From Candidatus Bathyarchaeum tardum (GTDB lineage Archaea; Thermoproteota; Bathyarchaeia; Bathyarchaeales; Bathyarchaeaceae): a stretch of DNA of 64,000 nucleotides. Shown here piece after piece: positions 1 through 10,090 of this stretch. Under the pieces are notes generated by a model. The model made no database searches. It saw nothing but the letters and a program-made list of their open reading frames with translations, and was not told the origin of the DNA. The translations under genes were made by a program, and so were the position numbers. Position 1 is the first letter of the stretch. Every line of letters begins with the position of its first letter. The stretch spans positions 224,001 to 288,000 of the forward strand of contig CP122380.1 in NCBI GenBank assembly GCA_024650005.2, in the 5' to 3' direction.

Positions 1-927
1 TACAAAGACGATTACGCCTTCCAGGTAATGTACCTGAGCACCGATGCAAAACTACAAACTGACCGCCTGTTAAACGAAGCCTTTGACATAATCAACGATG
101 AACCAATGCCCATCCAAGAAGCCAAAGTCACAGATCCCCCTCTAATGTGGAGATACTTTGTTCAACCTAAAACTGCTAAACTTCAGAGCCAGCATCCAAA
201 CGATTACGTCATGAAATATGTTACTCGCATAAACAGCGAAACAGGCAAAGCTTTCGTGTTTTCAAGCGGAAAAAACATGGGCGTGTTCAAAGGAGTAGGT
301 TTCCCCGAAGACGTTGGTCAATACTTCTGTTTAGAAGACTACAAAGGATACCTTTGGACCGTTCACGGACGATTCCCAACAAACACCCAAGGCTGGTGGG
401 GAGGAGCCCATCCTTTCAGTATGCTAGACTGGACTGTAGTTCACAACGGCGAAATTTCATCGTACGGAATAAACAAACGATACCTGGAAATGTTCGGATA
501 CAAATGCACAATGCAAACCGACACCGAAGTCCTAGCATATGCCTTTGACCTTCTGATGAGACGCCAAAAACTGCCTATCGAAGCAGTTACAAAGATTCTT
601 GCACCCCCATTGTGGTCAGAAATCAAAACAATGCAACCAAATGCCCAACAAACCATAACTGCTATGCGACAAACATACGGTGGTTTATTGATGAACGGAC
701 CTTTCACAATCATAGTTGCCCATGAAGGAGAAATGATTGGACTAACAGACAGAATCAAGCTGCGACCTCTTACTGCCGCAACAAAAGGCGATATTTTGTT
801 TCTGTCTTCAGAAGAAGCAGCCATCAGGCTAGTTTCACCCCACTTAGACGATGTTTGGAGCCCCCGAGGTGGAGAACCCGTAATTGGTCGACTACAAACC
901 AAAAAACCTGTGGAGACCATAGCCTAG
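1..927 (+). CDS. Glutamate synthase amidotransferase subunit (class II GATase, archaeal split GltB domain 1); 5' end lies outside the window
   Basis: HGRFPTNT, HPF, HNGEI, TDTEV and DRIKLRP motifs of Ntn GATase/GltB1; frame open from the window edge; followed by the other two GltB parts. Confidence 0.9.
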   Translation, partial: YKDDYAFQVMYLSTDAKLQTDRLLNEAFDIINDEPMPIQEAKVTDPPLMWRYFVQPKTAKLQSQHPNDYVMKYVTRINSETGKAFVFSSGKNMGVFKGVGFPEDVGQYFCLEDYKGYLWTVHGRFPTNTQGWWGGAHPFSMLDWTVVHNGEISSYGINKRYLEMFGYKCTMQTDTEVLAYAFDLLMRRQKLPIEAVTKILAPPLWSEIKTMQPNAQQTITAMRQTYGGLLMNGPFTIIVAHEGEMIGLTDRIKLRPLTAATKGDILFLSSEEAAIRLVSPHLDDVWSPRGGEPVIGRLQTKKPVETIA

Positions 928-938
928 GAGAATAGACC

Positions 939-2450
939 ATGAAAAGTTACGTTATTCCCGAATACATAATCGAACGCGACCCAAATCGTTGCATCCGTTG
1001 TAAAGTTTGCGTTAACCAATGTAGTTACGAAACTCATTGCTACGACGAAGACGACTACTGCATGGTCAGCAAAAGCGAAAACTGTGTAAACTGCCAGCGT
1101 TGTGCAACATTTTGTCCAACTAACGCCATAACTATAAAGAAAAACCCCAACGTTTACCGAAGTAACGCTAACTGGAGCCAAGAAGCTCTAATCGGCATAA
1201 AAAAACAAGCCGAAACAGGAGGAGTCGTCCTTACTGGAATGGGCTGTGACAAACCTGAGCTTACATACTGGGACAGGCTTTTGATAAACGCAAGCCAAGT
1301 CACAAACCCTTCAATTGACCCCCTGAGAGAGCCCATGGAGCTTCGAACATACATTGGTTCCAAACCTAACAAGCTAGACCTTGACTTTAGCAAAGGAGAT
1401 TTAGAGCTGAAAACTAAACTTGCTCCTCAGCTTACTCTTGAAACTCCCATCATGTTCTCTGCCATGTCTTATGGGTCTATTAGTCTTAATGTTCACAAAT
1501 CCCTAGCCCGTGCAGCCAGTGAATACGGCACATACTACAACACCGGAGAAGGAGGACTAGAAAAAAGCCTGTACAAATACAGTGACCACGTTATTGTTCA
1601 AGTTGCCTCTGGACGTTTCGGAGTTCACCCTGAATACTTGAACGCAGGCGCAGCAATAGAAATCAAAATCGGACAAGGTGCAAAACCTGGAATTGGTGGT
1701 CACCTTCCTGGAGAAAAAGTCAGCGCCGAAATTTCCAAAACACGTATGATACCCATGGGAACTGATGCTCTTTCTCCTGCGCCTCAGCATGACATTTACT
1801 CTATCGAAGACCTAAGGCAACTAATCTTTGCCCTCAAAGAAGCTGTCGACTACACAAAACCAGTCTTTGTAAAAATTGCAGCAGTTCACAACGCTGCAGC
1901 TATCGCAAGCGGTATTGTTCGAGCTGGTGCAGATGCTGTAGTCCTTGATGGTATACGAGGAGGAACCGGAGCCGCACCACGAATAACCCGAGACAACGTA
2001 GGCATCCCTATCGAGTTGGCTCTTGCTGCAGTTGATCAACGGTTACGTGACGAAGGCATCCGAAACCAAGCCTCTGTTGTTGCTGCAGGCGGAATCAAAA
2101 GCAGCGGTGACGTTCTCAAAGCCATCGCGCTGGGTGCAGATGCCTGTTACATTGGAACTGCAGCCCTAGTTGCGTTAGGTTGCACAGTTTGTCAGAAATG
2201 TTACACTGGACGATGCCCGTGGGGAATTGCAACCACTGATTTGTGGTTAACTAAACGAATTAACCCAGAAATTGGTGCTCAACGCCTTAAGGGGCTTTTG
2301 CGTGGATGGAGCCTAGAAATCATGGAAATGATGGGCGGAATGGGAATAAACGCCATTGAAAGCGTGCGCGGAAATCGTTTGGTTCTCAGGGGAGTTGGAC
2401 TTACAGATACAGAACTGAAAGTGCTCGGAGTAAGAACAGCAGGAGACTAA
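939..2450 (+). CDS. gltB: Glutamate synthase FMN-binding subunit with N-terminal 2x[4Fe-4S] ferredoxin
   Basis: Two CxxCxxCxxxC motifs; AMSYGS, NTGEGG, QVASGRFGV, IKIGQGAKPGIGGHLPG and CTVCQKCYTGRCPWGIAT motifs. Confidence 0.95.
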   Translation: MKSYVIPEYIIERDPNRCIRCKVCVNQCSYETHCYDEDDYCMVSKSENCVNCQRCATFCPTNAITIKKNPNVYRSNANWSQEALIGIKKQAETGGVVLTGMGCDKPELTYWDRLLINASQVTNPSIDPLREPMELRTYIGSKPNKLDLDFSKGDLELKTKLAPQLTLETPIMFSAMSYGSISLNVHKSLARAASEYGTYYNTGEGGLEKSLYKYSDHVIVQVASGRFGVHPEYLNAGAAIEIKIGQGAKPGIGGHLPGEKVSAEISKTRMIPMGTDALSPAPQHDIYSIEDLRQLIFALKEAVDYTKPVFVKIAAVHNAAAIASGIVRAGADAVVLDGIRGGTGAAPRITRDNVGIPIELALAAVDQRLRDEGIRNQASVVAAGGIKSSGDVLKAIALGADACYIGTAALVALGCTVCQKCYTGRCPWGIATTDLWLTKRINPEIGAQRLKGLLRGWSLEIMEMMGGMGINAIESVRGNRLVLRGVGLTDTELKVLGVRTAGD

Positions 2451-2454
2451 AACA

Positions 2455-3240
2455 ATGTCCCTACAAGACTTAATCAAACAATCAGCCGGCAGTTTAACCG
2501 TCAAAAACAAAGTTGCAAAAATTGATTCCACTGGAATGTACTACCGTGAATTGAACAGTTTACTGCGACAACTGGACAATAATGGGGTTGAAAACATTGA
2601 AATTCGCAACGTTTGTGGTCAACGCTACCTTGGAACTGACCTTAAAGGGAACATAAAACTTGACCTCTATGGAACTCCAGGAAACGACTTAGGTTCGTTC
2701 ATGAAAGGAGTAGACATAACTGTTCACGGCAACGTGCAAGACGCTTGCGGAAACACCATGGACAGCGGAAAAATAGTTGTTCATGGACGGGCAGGAGATT
2801 TGGTAGGACACTCCATGCGTGGAGGGAAAATTTTCATCCGTGATAGTGCTGGCTACCGTGTTGGAATTCACATGAAAGAGTACATGGGAAAACGCCCTTC
2901 CATAGTAATTGGAAGAACAGCCCAAGATTTCCTTGGTGAATACATGGCAGGCGGAATACTAGCTGTATTAGGAATAGACATGAAACAAAAAGTTCACGAC
3001 GCCCGATTTGTCGGAACAGGAATGCACGGCGGAGTAATCTACATCCGGGGTGAGGTTCGTCATATGGGAGAAGAAGTCGCAGTCCGAGAACTTGATGATG
3101 ACGATTACAAAAACCTAAAACCCTTAGTTGAAGAATTCTGCAGTTACTACGACTTGGATGTATCAAAAATTATTGATGGCAACTTCAACAAGCTGATTCC
3201 AGTTTCAAAACGCCCTTACGGAAACCTTTACACATATTAG
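2455..3240 (+). CDS. Glutamate synthase domain 3 (GXGXG beta-helix)
   Basis: GNDLG, GNTMDSG, GEYMAGG and GTGMHGG repeats; operon context. Confidence 0.92.
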   Translation: MSLQDLIKQSAGSLTVKNKVAKIDSTGMYYRELNSLLRQLDNNGVENIEIRNVCGQRYLGTDLKGNIKLDLYGTPGNDLGSFMKGVDITVHGNVQDACGNTMDSGKIVVHGRAGDLVGHSMRGGKIFIRDSAGYRVGIHMKEYMGKRPSIVIGRTAQDFLGEYMAGGILAVLGIDMKQKVHDARFVGTGMHGGVIYIRGEVRHMGEEVAVRELDDDDYKNLKPLVEEFCSYYDLDVSKIIDGNFNKLIPVSKRPYGNLYTY

Positions 3241-3656
3241 TCTGCTTTGCGTTTCTTAATCGCGTTTTCTATTACGTCAAGCTTAAGTGCAATATACGCC
3301 AGGGCTGTTGCAACAATGCCGAGAGCGTAATATCCTGCTCCAACTGTAACCCCTATTGATGCGACGGTCCAAAGGGTCGCCGCAGTAGTTAGTCCCCTTA
3401 CTTTTTCTTGGGATTTTACTATGGTTCCTGCACCCAAAAAACCAACTCCCACAACAACTCCTGCTGCTATTCTTGATGGATCACCCCCCGGAAAGGCGTC
3501 ATAGGATAAAATAGTAAACAGGGCTGCTCCTAACCCGACAAGGCTGTTGGTTCGTAATCCTGCGGGTTTTCGGCTTAATTCCCGTTCAAGACCCACAATA
3601 GCCCCCAAAATAAATGCCAAAACTATTTTTATTATTGGTTCAATTTCGAGCATCAT
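3237..3656 (-). CDS. MgtC/SapB family membrane protein
   Basis: GLERE, AGLRT, DPSRIAAGVVVGVGFLGAG and GLTTAATLW signatures. Confidence 0.93.
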   Translation of the reverse strand: MMLEIEPIIKIVLAFILGAIVGLERELSRKPAGLRTNSLVGLGAALFTILSYDAFPGGDPSRIAAGVVVGVGFLGAGTIVKSQEKVRGLTTAATLWTVASIGVTVGAGYYALGIVATALAYIALKLDVIENAIKKRKAD

Positions 3657-3722
3657 AGCAACTAAATCTTTTTCACACGTTCTATATATATTTAAACAGG
3701 TCTACGTTGTATGCACAATTAT

Positions 3723-5138
3723 TTAACTCAGCCACAATGGTTTTCCATCAAGAAACTGCGTCAAAAACCCTGCAAAATCAGAATTTCTACAATAAAATGA
3801 TGCAATTTCATCGTTAAGTAAGACTTCTAAACAATCAACTGCTTCTGCAACAATATCAGCAACACCCTCCCCTTTGAAACCGTGTCGCAGTTTATCATTT
3901 AGTAAGTCAATAACATCCGTGTAGTTTCTCTTCACATCTACTATCCAACGGCTGTCTTCTGTTCGGGGTCCAGAAACAGTCAAATCTGAACCTAGATGTT
4001 TTCGCAAAAACTTTTCGGACTCGTTTTTCCTGTTCAAAGGCGGACCTAACTGAGCTTTCATGTTTGGAATCAAACGATTTTGTAGCTCAAATACGAAAAC
4101 GTTCAAGCTTTTTTCGTCACTCCAAATAGCATCCCGCAAAACTTCAAAATCATTTTGGGTGATGATTTTTCGTATGGCTTTTTGTCTTTTGTAAAGTTGC
4201 CCCCATAACACATCGGGAACAGGAATTTTTCCTTTAAACTTGATGAAAACTAATGAAGACCCCCGATTACGTATGCTTTCAAGGAGTTCTGTTTGAGTTA
4301 GGGCTTTGGTTTTTGGTGGATAAAAAAACTTTATGTCAGGTTTTTTTAGGAATTCTCGTGATGCCGCAATGAATTCGTCAAGTTTTTCTGGTCTTACTGC
4401 GGCTGCGACGTTTCTTTGTTTGTCTACTGGGTCAACCACGACTAAGGGTTCAACAAATTTTTCCTTGAGGGCTTTTAGTTGTTTGTATTGTTTTTCGTTA
4501 TCTATGACGGTTTTTTCTTTCCAGTCTGTAGCAGCCCGTAAAACCTCAATGAATGAACCAAAATTTAGAACCAAAAGCTCACAAAGGTATCCGCTGAAAC
4601 CTCCAACCTTGATTTCTGCGCCGTAAACGTTGATTCCTTTCATGAAGCGTTTAAGTAACCTGATTTCTTCTGACATTTTTTTGGTAAGATGCGCTTTGAC
4701 ATAATCTGTGTGGAAGGGCGTTCTGTCGGTTGCGCTGATTAAGTTGCCCTGTTTGACTTTGTAACACGGAACAACATTCAAGTAAACTCCATCATCCGTA
4801 ACCGCTTCAATATACGGGTGCTGGGCATACCTTTCAATCTGGACAAAATCTTTGGTGGCTTCTTTTGCAACATCCAACAAAACTGTCCCAAAATCTTCTA
4901 GAGGAACCGTTTCAGCCACTTGCATAAACACATCAATTTCTGGGCAATCCTTCAACCATGTGTTCTTGGCAACTGAACCCTCTATTCTAACTTCAATGTC
5001 AACCCCTTTGTTTTTGGCGGCGTTTTCTACTTTTTTTGTTAAACTCTCTGCTATTGCTTGAATCTTTTTTTGATCGCTTTCGCTGGGGTTAACTAGTTTT
5101 AGAACTTCCCAACGAATTTCTTCAACGGAACGAGGCAC
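3723..5138 (-). CDS. cca: CCA tRNA nucleotidyltransferase (archaeal class I)
   Basis: GSVAKNTW..EIDVF, YAQHPY, DRTPFH, GGFSGYLCELL and VVDPVD motifs; start placed at GTG 5138 after a GGTG SD-like element. Confidence 0.95.
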   Translation of the reverse strand: MPRSVEEIRWEVLKLVNPSESDQKKIQAIAESLTKKVENAAKNKGVDIEVRIEGSVAKNTWLKDCPEIDVFMQVAETVPLEDFGTVLLDVAKEATKDFVQIERYAQHPYIEAVTDDGVYLNVVPCYKVKQGNLISATDRTPFHTDYVKAHLTKKMSEEIRLLKRFMKGINVYGAEIKVGGFSGYLCELLVLNFGSFIEVLRAATDWKEKTVIDNEKQYKQLKALKEKFVEPLVVVDPVDKQRNVAAAVRPEKLDEFIAASREFLKKPDIKFFYPPKTKALTQTELLESIRNRGSSLVFIKFKGKIPVPDVLWGQLYKRQKAIRKIITQNDFEVLRDAIWSDEKSLNVFVFELQNRLIPNMKAQLGPPLNRKNESEKFLRKHLGSDLTVSGPRTEDSRWIVDVKRNYTDVIDLLNDKLRHGFKGEGVADIVAEAVDCLEVLLNDEIASFYCRNSDFAGFLTQFLDGKPLWLS

Positions 5139-5158
5139 AACAAACACCAAATTATGTT

Positions 5159-5728
5159 TTACTTTTTTCCACAAACTTCTCTTAGATTATTGTAAATTGG
5201 ACCTCGAGGCGTCAAATCACTTTTCTTTAACCTAAGGCATTCTGCATTTATTGTTCCTAACTCGTAGTCTGCCATTTCATGAATTGTTTCTGCGAGTTTG
5301 AATTTGTTTCTTCCGCTCCGTACACGAGCTATGGTTAAATGGGGATTGAAACCTTTATTGTCTGGTTGGAATCCCAGCCCTCTTAGGCGGGGTTCTAGTT
5401 GCTGAAAAATGTCTTTTAGTTCTTTTTCGCCGTTTTTGATTCCTGCCCAGACAACTCGGGGATTATTAGGTTTTGGGAATGCACCTAAACCCTGAAGTTC
5501 TATGGTAAATGGAGAAAACGTAATCTGTTTCATTTCTTCATGGATACTGTCAATCATTGAGGCTTGTATTTCTCCTAAGAACCTGATTGTAACGTGAATG
5601 TTTTGTGGATTGACTAACTTCAGTTCTGCCCCGCTGTTAGCCAACATTTTTTGAATATGAGAAATGTTTCCAAGTATTTTTTGGTCTTCTATATCAAAGG
5701 CTAAGAAACTTCGGATGGTTCCTGACAT
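5159..5728 (-). CDS. thpR: RNA 2',3'-cyclic phosphodiesterase (2H family)
   Basis: HVTIRFLG and PHLTIARV HxT motifs; RSFLAFD N-terminus; adjacent to cca. Confidence 0.95.
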   Translation of the reverse strand: MSGTIRSFLAFDIEDQKILGNISHIQKMLANSGAELKLVNPQNIHVTIRFLGEIQASMIDSIHEEMKQITFSPFTIELQGLGAFPKPNNPRVVWAGIKNGEKELKDIFQQLEPRLRGLGFQPDNKGFNPHLTIARVRSGRNKFKLAETIHEMADYELGTINAECLRLKKSDLTPRGPIYNNLREVCGKK

Positions 5729-5844
5729 ACAAATCTCTCGTATAATGTCCAATATACTTTTCTTTTCGCGGTTTTAATAACTTCGCGTGTAGGCGCGCCT
5801 ATATTCATTAAAAGTTCACATGCGTTAATTTTTGAATTGCTGGC

Positions 5845-5971
5845 ACCAGAAAAGGGGTTGAGCTCCATGGCGTTTTTGGCGTCCGAACCGAGTGTGCGCC
5901 AAATCCTCCTTAGACTTTTGCGCATTTGCGCACGGCGACTCAAGGTTCTTTGAGCTTGCCCCTTTTTTGGT
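5845..5971 (+). ncRNA. Candidate structured non-coding RNA (or MITE), unidentified
   Basis: Long terminal helix (ACCAGAAAAGGGG/CCCCTTTTTTGGT plus GAGCTC/GAGCTT) and nested internal helices; most G-U pairs favour the + strand; GC-rich within an AT-rich intergenic region. Confidence 0.5.
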
Positions 5972-6287
5972 TTCTATGACAAAAACTTGAATAACAATAA
6001 TAGGTATAACGTTTATGCACATAAGATTTGTTCCATATTTCGTTTTTAAATCTGATTCAGAATTACACTGAATTTTTAAACATTAATTTTTTTACCATTT
6101 GTATTGACTCAAAATAAGTCCAAAACTTAATTGCTTGAATTGCGCCGATTTCTTTGTTACAAGTATTTTCTGTAAAAACTGTGACCTTACATGAGTTAAA
6201 GAAACTAATCTGTTTTTGTTGGTGCCAACAACTGTTTTATTGAGTTTTAACAGAAGATACTTCATGTAACATAATGAGGGGTTTGGG

Positions 6288-6845
6288 ATAGCAGACAAAA
6301 TTGTTGTTGGGCTTGCTGGGATGCCGGGAGCAGGTAAGGGTGTTTTTCGGAAAACTGTTCAAAGGTTAGGGCATCCTGTTGTTACCATGGGCGACGTAGT
6401 TCGAGCAGAAGTAAAAAGACGAAACCTCAAAGCAACCCCTGAAAACATGGGCAAAGTAATGCTTAACTTACGAGAGTTAGATGGACCTGCTGCCATTGCT
6501 AAACAATGTATTCCAGCATTGAAGCAAACAACTGGAAAACTTGTTGTTATTGACGGAATCCGTAGCCTTGTTGAAGTTGATGAATTCAAGAAGCATTTTG
6601 CTGATTTTGTTTTGGTTGCTGTTCATTCTTCTCCTAAGACAAGATTTAAACGCCTAGTTAACAGAAAACGAAGTGACGATCCCCCTGATTGGAACACGTT
6701 TATGGACCGAGATCTTAGGGAACTTGGGATTGGAATGGGGTCTGTTATTGCAATTGCGGATTACATGATAGTAAATGAGGGAAGCATAAATCATTTGAAG
6801 AACAGAATTAATCAGTTAATTAGTAGGGTGCTTAACGATGACTGA
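6288..6845 (+). CDS. P-loop nucleotide kinase, UPF0200 / dephospho-CoA kinase-like
   Basis: IVVGLAGMPGAGKG Walker A, MGDVVR, IDGIRS, R.R.DD and RDLRELG; the frame extends upstream of ATG 6321 to ATA 6288. Confidence 0.85.
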   Translation: MADKIVVGLAGMPGAGKGVFRKTVQRLGHPVVTMGDVVRAEVKRRNLKATPENMGKVMLNLRELDGPAAIAKQCIPALKQTTGKLVVIDGIRSLVEVDEFKKHFADFVLVAVHSSPKTRFKRLVNRKRSDDPPDWNTFMDRDLRELGIGMGSVIAIADYMIVNEGSINHLKNRINQLISRVLNDD

Positions 6846-7263
6846 TGTGCAGATTCGTGTTGATGCTGAAGTTAATCAAACAGAAGACTTAGAAAAGGTA
6901 AAAACTGCAGTTGAAAACATGTTTGGTCCTTTGGATTTTGAAGTAAAAGACAAACTCTGGGGTCAACTACTCACCGTACGGATTACTGGGACTCAAGGCT
7001 TAACTAAGCTATCTAATTTGCTTAAACGTGAGCAGATTCTTGCAGCTGCGCGAAAGGTTCTTCGTAACTGCATTGACAACAATTCTATAACGTTTTATCT
7101 TAACAAGCAAGTAGCCTATGCTGGACATGTTTCTTTTTCCCAACAAAGCCATGAATCCCCATTGGGACCAATCACCGTCAAAATTGACTGTGATGACCCC
7201 AAAAAACTAGTAAACTGGCTTGCCCCTCGAACCATAAAGCAAAGTTCCTCACGCAAAAAATAG
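6838..7263 (+). CDS. UPF0201/DUF54 putative RNA-binding protein
   Basis: TEDLEKV, LNKQVAYAG, ESPLGPI and WLAPRT motifs; usual neighbour of UPF0200. Confidence 0.85.
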   Translation: MTDVQIRVDAEVNQTEDLEKVKTAVENMFGPLDFEVKDKLWGQLLTVRITGTQGLTKLSNLLKREQILAAARKVLRNCIDNNSITFYLNKQVAYAGHVSFSQQSHESPLGPITVKIDCDDPKKLVNWLAPRTIKQSSSRKK

Positions 7264-7278
7264 CTGTAGTGTTTAGGG

Positions 7279-8061
7279 ATGGTTAAACCTGAAATTGGCT
7301 TGTCAATGCTTTACTGCCTCGATAAACCTTTCAAGTATGTTCTAAGTTCTTTGCCTGAACTTAATGTGAAGCACGTAGAATTAACCGACGAAGGATTCCA
7401 TGCCCTGACCAAAAATCGAATAAAAAAACTAAAAGAAATCGCCAAAACTAACAACCTTGACTTTGTTGTTCACGCCCCATGGGCAAACGTAAACATCGCA
7501 ACTATCAGCCCAGTTTTACGCCGAGCAGTTTTGAAACGGTTACGACAGTCTCTTGTTCTTTCTGGGCAGTTGGACTGCCTTTTGTGGCTTTTTCATCCTG
7601 GATTTAAGAGTGGTCTTGACAGGTTTTATCCTGGGAAAGATTGGGAATTAAATTTGGATTCTGTTCGCAGTTTACTAAAAGTTGCCCAGCAAGAAGGTGT
7701 AACTATTGCTATCGAGAATATTCCCGAGCCTTTCCCAGCATTGATGAAAAGTGTAGACGACTTTCATAGATTCTATCAAGACTTGAACGACGACATTGGT
7801 ATGGTGTTAGATGTTGCGCATGCTAATTTGAACAACCAAATTAACGATTTCATACAACAATTCTCCAAAAAAATCATACACATGCACCTGAGCGACAACC
7901 AAGGAACCAGTGACCAGCACCTAGGAATTGGCTATGGTACCTTAGACTGGCAAAACTTCGCAAAAGCGGTCAAAAAAGCCCGATACGATAAACTATTGAT
8001 GATTGAATCCACGGACCACCCACAACAAAGCATACAGTATCTCAACAAACTTTTTACTTAA
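7279..8061 (+). CDS. Sugar-phosphate isomerase/epimerase, AP endonuclease 2 family TIM barrel
   Basis: HAP, HPG, IEN, LDVAHA, HMHLSDN.G..DQHL metal-binding motifs. Confidence 0.88.
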   Translation: MVKPEIGLSMLYCLDKPFKYVLSSLPELNVKHVELTDEGFHALTKNRIKKLKEIAKTNNLDFVVHAPWANVNIATISPVLRRAVLKRLRQSLVLSGQLDCLLWLFHPGFKSGLDRFYPGKDWELNLDSVRSLLKVAQQEGVTIAIENIPEPFPALMKSVDDFHRFYQDLNDDIGMVLDVAHANLNNQINDFIQQFSKKIIHMHLSDNQGTSDQHLGIGYGTLDWQNFAKAVKKARYDKLLMIESTDHPQQSIQYLNKLFT

Positions 8062-8969
8062 TCTTTCAGGGCTAATTCTAGCTGCAAAAGGTCTTCTGCT
8101 AAAATCGTGTTAGGAAACGTCGTTTTTGCTTGTTCTAATAGCTGATTGGCATCTTTGTATCTGGCACTGATATGGGTTAAAACCAGTTTTTTGACGTTTG
8201 CTTGTTTCGCTGTTTGAGCAGCCATCGTTGGTGTAGAATGTTTATCTTTCAATGCTCTTTCCTGCAAGGCATCTTCAAAAGTAGATTCATGAATCAACAA
8301 ATCCGCGTTTTTTGCTAACTCAACCAAAGCTTCGGACGGTCCAGCATCTCCTGTGTAAACAATTTTTCTTCCCTGTCGAGAAGCCCCAAGAACATTTTCA
8401 GGCTTCACAACTTCACCGCTAGGAAGAGTAACAGATTTTCCTGACTGCAGCTCCGACCATAATGGACCTATAGGAACACCTAGTTTCTGGGCCATTTTTG
8501 TGTTAAATCTTCCCGGTCGCGGCTTTTCTGATAATGCGTAACATAATGCAGGGTCCATGTGACCTGAATCAACTGCTGTTACTTGGTACTCTTTTTCGTC
8601 ACAGACTAAGCCTGCTTCAACTTCAAAAATTTCTAAAGGAAAAGTGAGAGTATATGGCACAGTTTGATTTATTGCCTCCACAAAATCTTTGATTCCCTTT
8701 GGTCCATAGATTTGCAGCTCTTGTTTTCGGGATAAAAGGGACATGGTCTGTAAAAGACCAGGCAAACCTAAAACGTGGTCACCGTGCATGTGAGTAACAA
8801 AAATTTTTGTTTTACGTTGAAAACCCACACCTGCTTGCACCATTTGCCTTTGAGTTGCTTCTCCACAATCAAATAGTATTAACTCATTTTTTCTTCGAAT
8901 TGCAATTGCTGCAGAGCTCCTCTCAACTGTTGGAATGGCTGCTCCGGTTCCAAGAAATGTTATCTGCAA
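8058..8969 (-). CDS. rnz: Ribonuclease Z
   Basis: FLGTG, DCGE, THMHGDHVLG, exosite GP motif, HEST and THISARY. Confidence 0.96.
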   Translation of the reverse strand: MQITFLGTGAAIPTVERSSAAIAIRRKNELILFDCGEATQRQMVQAGVGFQRKTKIFVTHMHGDHVLGLPGLLQTMSLLSRKQELQIYGPKGIKDFVEAINQTVPYTLTFPLEIFEVEAGLVCDEKEYQVTAVDSGHMDPALCYALSEKPRPGRFNTKMAQKLGVPIGPLWSELQSGKSVTLPSGEVVKPENVLGASRQGRKIVYTGDAGPSEALVELAKNADLLIHESTFEDALQERALKDKHSTPTMAAQTAKQANVKKLVLTHISARYKDANQLLEQAKTTFPNTILAEDLLQLELALKD

Positions 8970-9047
8970 AGTTGTATACTCCCGTTTTCTTTACAAATAG
9001 TATATTATATGTTTTTTAGGTTTATTTGATTACGCCTTCAAGGCTTG

Positions 9048-10079
9048 TTAGAGTTTTTCAAAAACTACTATTTCTCGGGTTAAACTTCTGTGCACATAAA
9101 CAAAATGAGACTCCAGATGTTTGAACCCTGCTGCTTGTGCGGTTTCACTTATCTGAATCTTTTTTGGAGCAGCCATACAGATCTTGGCACCTTTAGGTAA
9201 AGAGTTTCCGATTCCTGCTAGAAAATCTTCAACGATATATCTTGTTTTTGCGCCTAAGGTGCTTGCTGACCTGCCGTATGGGGGGTCTGTGACGATACAA
9301 TTCACTTTTGTTATTGGAGGACAACGGGCATCTGCTATTGCAAAGCCTTCTGCTTCTATTCCGAAGTGTTTGATGTTTTTTCGTCCACCTCGAAGCATGT
9401 GAGGTTTTGCGTCAAATCCAATAACACGACACCCTATCAGGCCTGCTTCGATAAGCATTCCTCCTGTTCCACAAAAAGGGTCTAAAATTAAATCACCTGT
9501 TTTTGGTTGAGCCAGATTAACCATGGCTCGCGCCAGTTTAGCCTGCATAGCCGTAGGATGAAAGAAAGGTCTTCTTCTTGGTCTTCGATCAGAGAACGGT
9601 TTAGGGGTGATTTCTGCAAGTTTCAAACCAAAAATAAACTTGTTATCTGTTAAAACTCCATAGAACGTTTTTTGTGGATTTGTCAAATTAACTTTAGATG
9701 TGGTAACCTTTTCAAGTATGGTGGCACCAACATGCCCTTCAAGCCAAACACGGTCAATTTCTGGATTTACCCCTTTTACTCTGCGAATTCTCACAGCAAA
9801 AGTTTCGTTACCAATAAACTCGTCGACAAAAGACTGAATGTTATCCAAGATTTTTTCTGTTGAAGCATTACAGTTGAAGATTTCTTGGCAACAAACCCGA
9901 GTCAAAGCTGACCTTGCCTTAATAGAATCTATGCAGTTTGTTTCTGCTTCAAGGCGCAGTACCTGGGTTAGTTTTTCTTTGATTTGGTACCTATACCCTT
10001 CTGCTTTTAGAATAGCTTCTGCTTCCGAAACTGGAAGAGTTTCATGCTCTCCTGAAGTCTGGAAAAAAAGTTTGCCCAA
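9048..10079 (-). CDS. trm11: tRNA m2G10/m22G10 methyltransferase (THUMP + MTase)
   Basis: SGEH, RPFFHP, LDPFCGTGG, TDPPYG and VHRSLTR motifs. Confidence 0.9.
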   Translation of the reverse strand: MGKLFFQTSGEHETLPVSEAEAILKAEGYRYQIKEKLTQVLRLEAETNCIDSIKARSALTRVCCQEIFNCNASTEKILDNIQSFVDEFIGNETFAVRIRRVKGVNPEIDRVWLEGHVGATILEKVTTSKVNLTNPQKTFYGVLTDNKFIFGLKLAEITPKPFSDRRPRRRPFFHPTAMQAKLARAMVNLAQPKTGDLILDPFCGTGGMLIEAGLIGCRVIGFDAKPHMLRGGRKNIKHFGIEAEGFAIADARCPPITKVNCIVTDPPYGRSASTLGAKTRYIVEDFLAGIGNSLPKGAKICMAAPKKIQISETAQAAGFKHLESHFVYVHRSLTREIVVFEKL

Positions 10080-10090
10080 GAAATTGGCAC

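Noticed and set aside
5701-6298. Short ORFs 5701-5943, 5825-6022 and 6092-6298
   Set aside because: No motifs, mutually overlapping; the first two are better explained by the structured element
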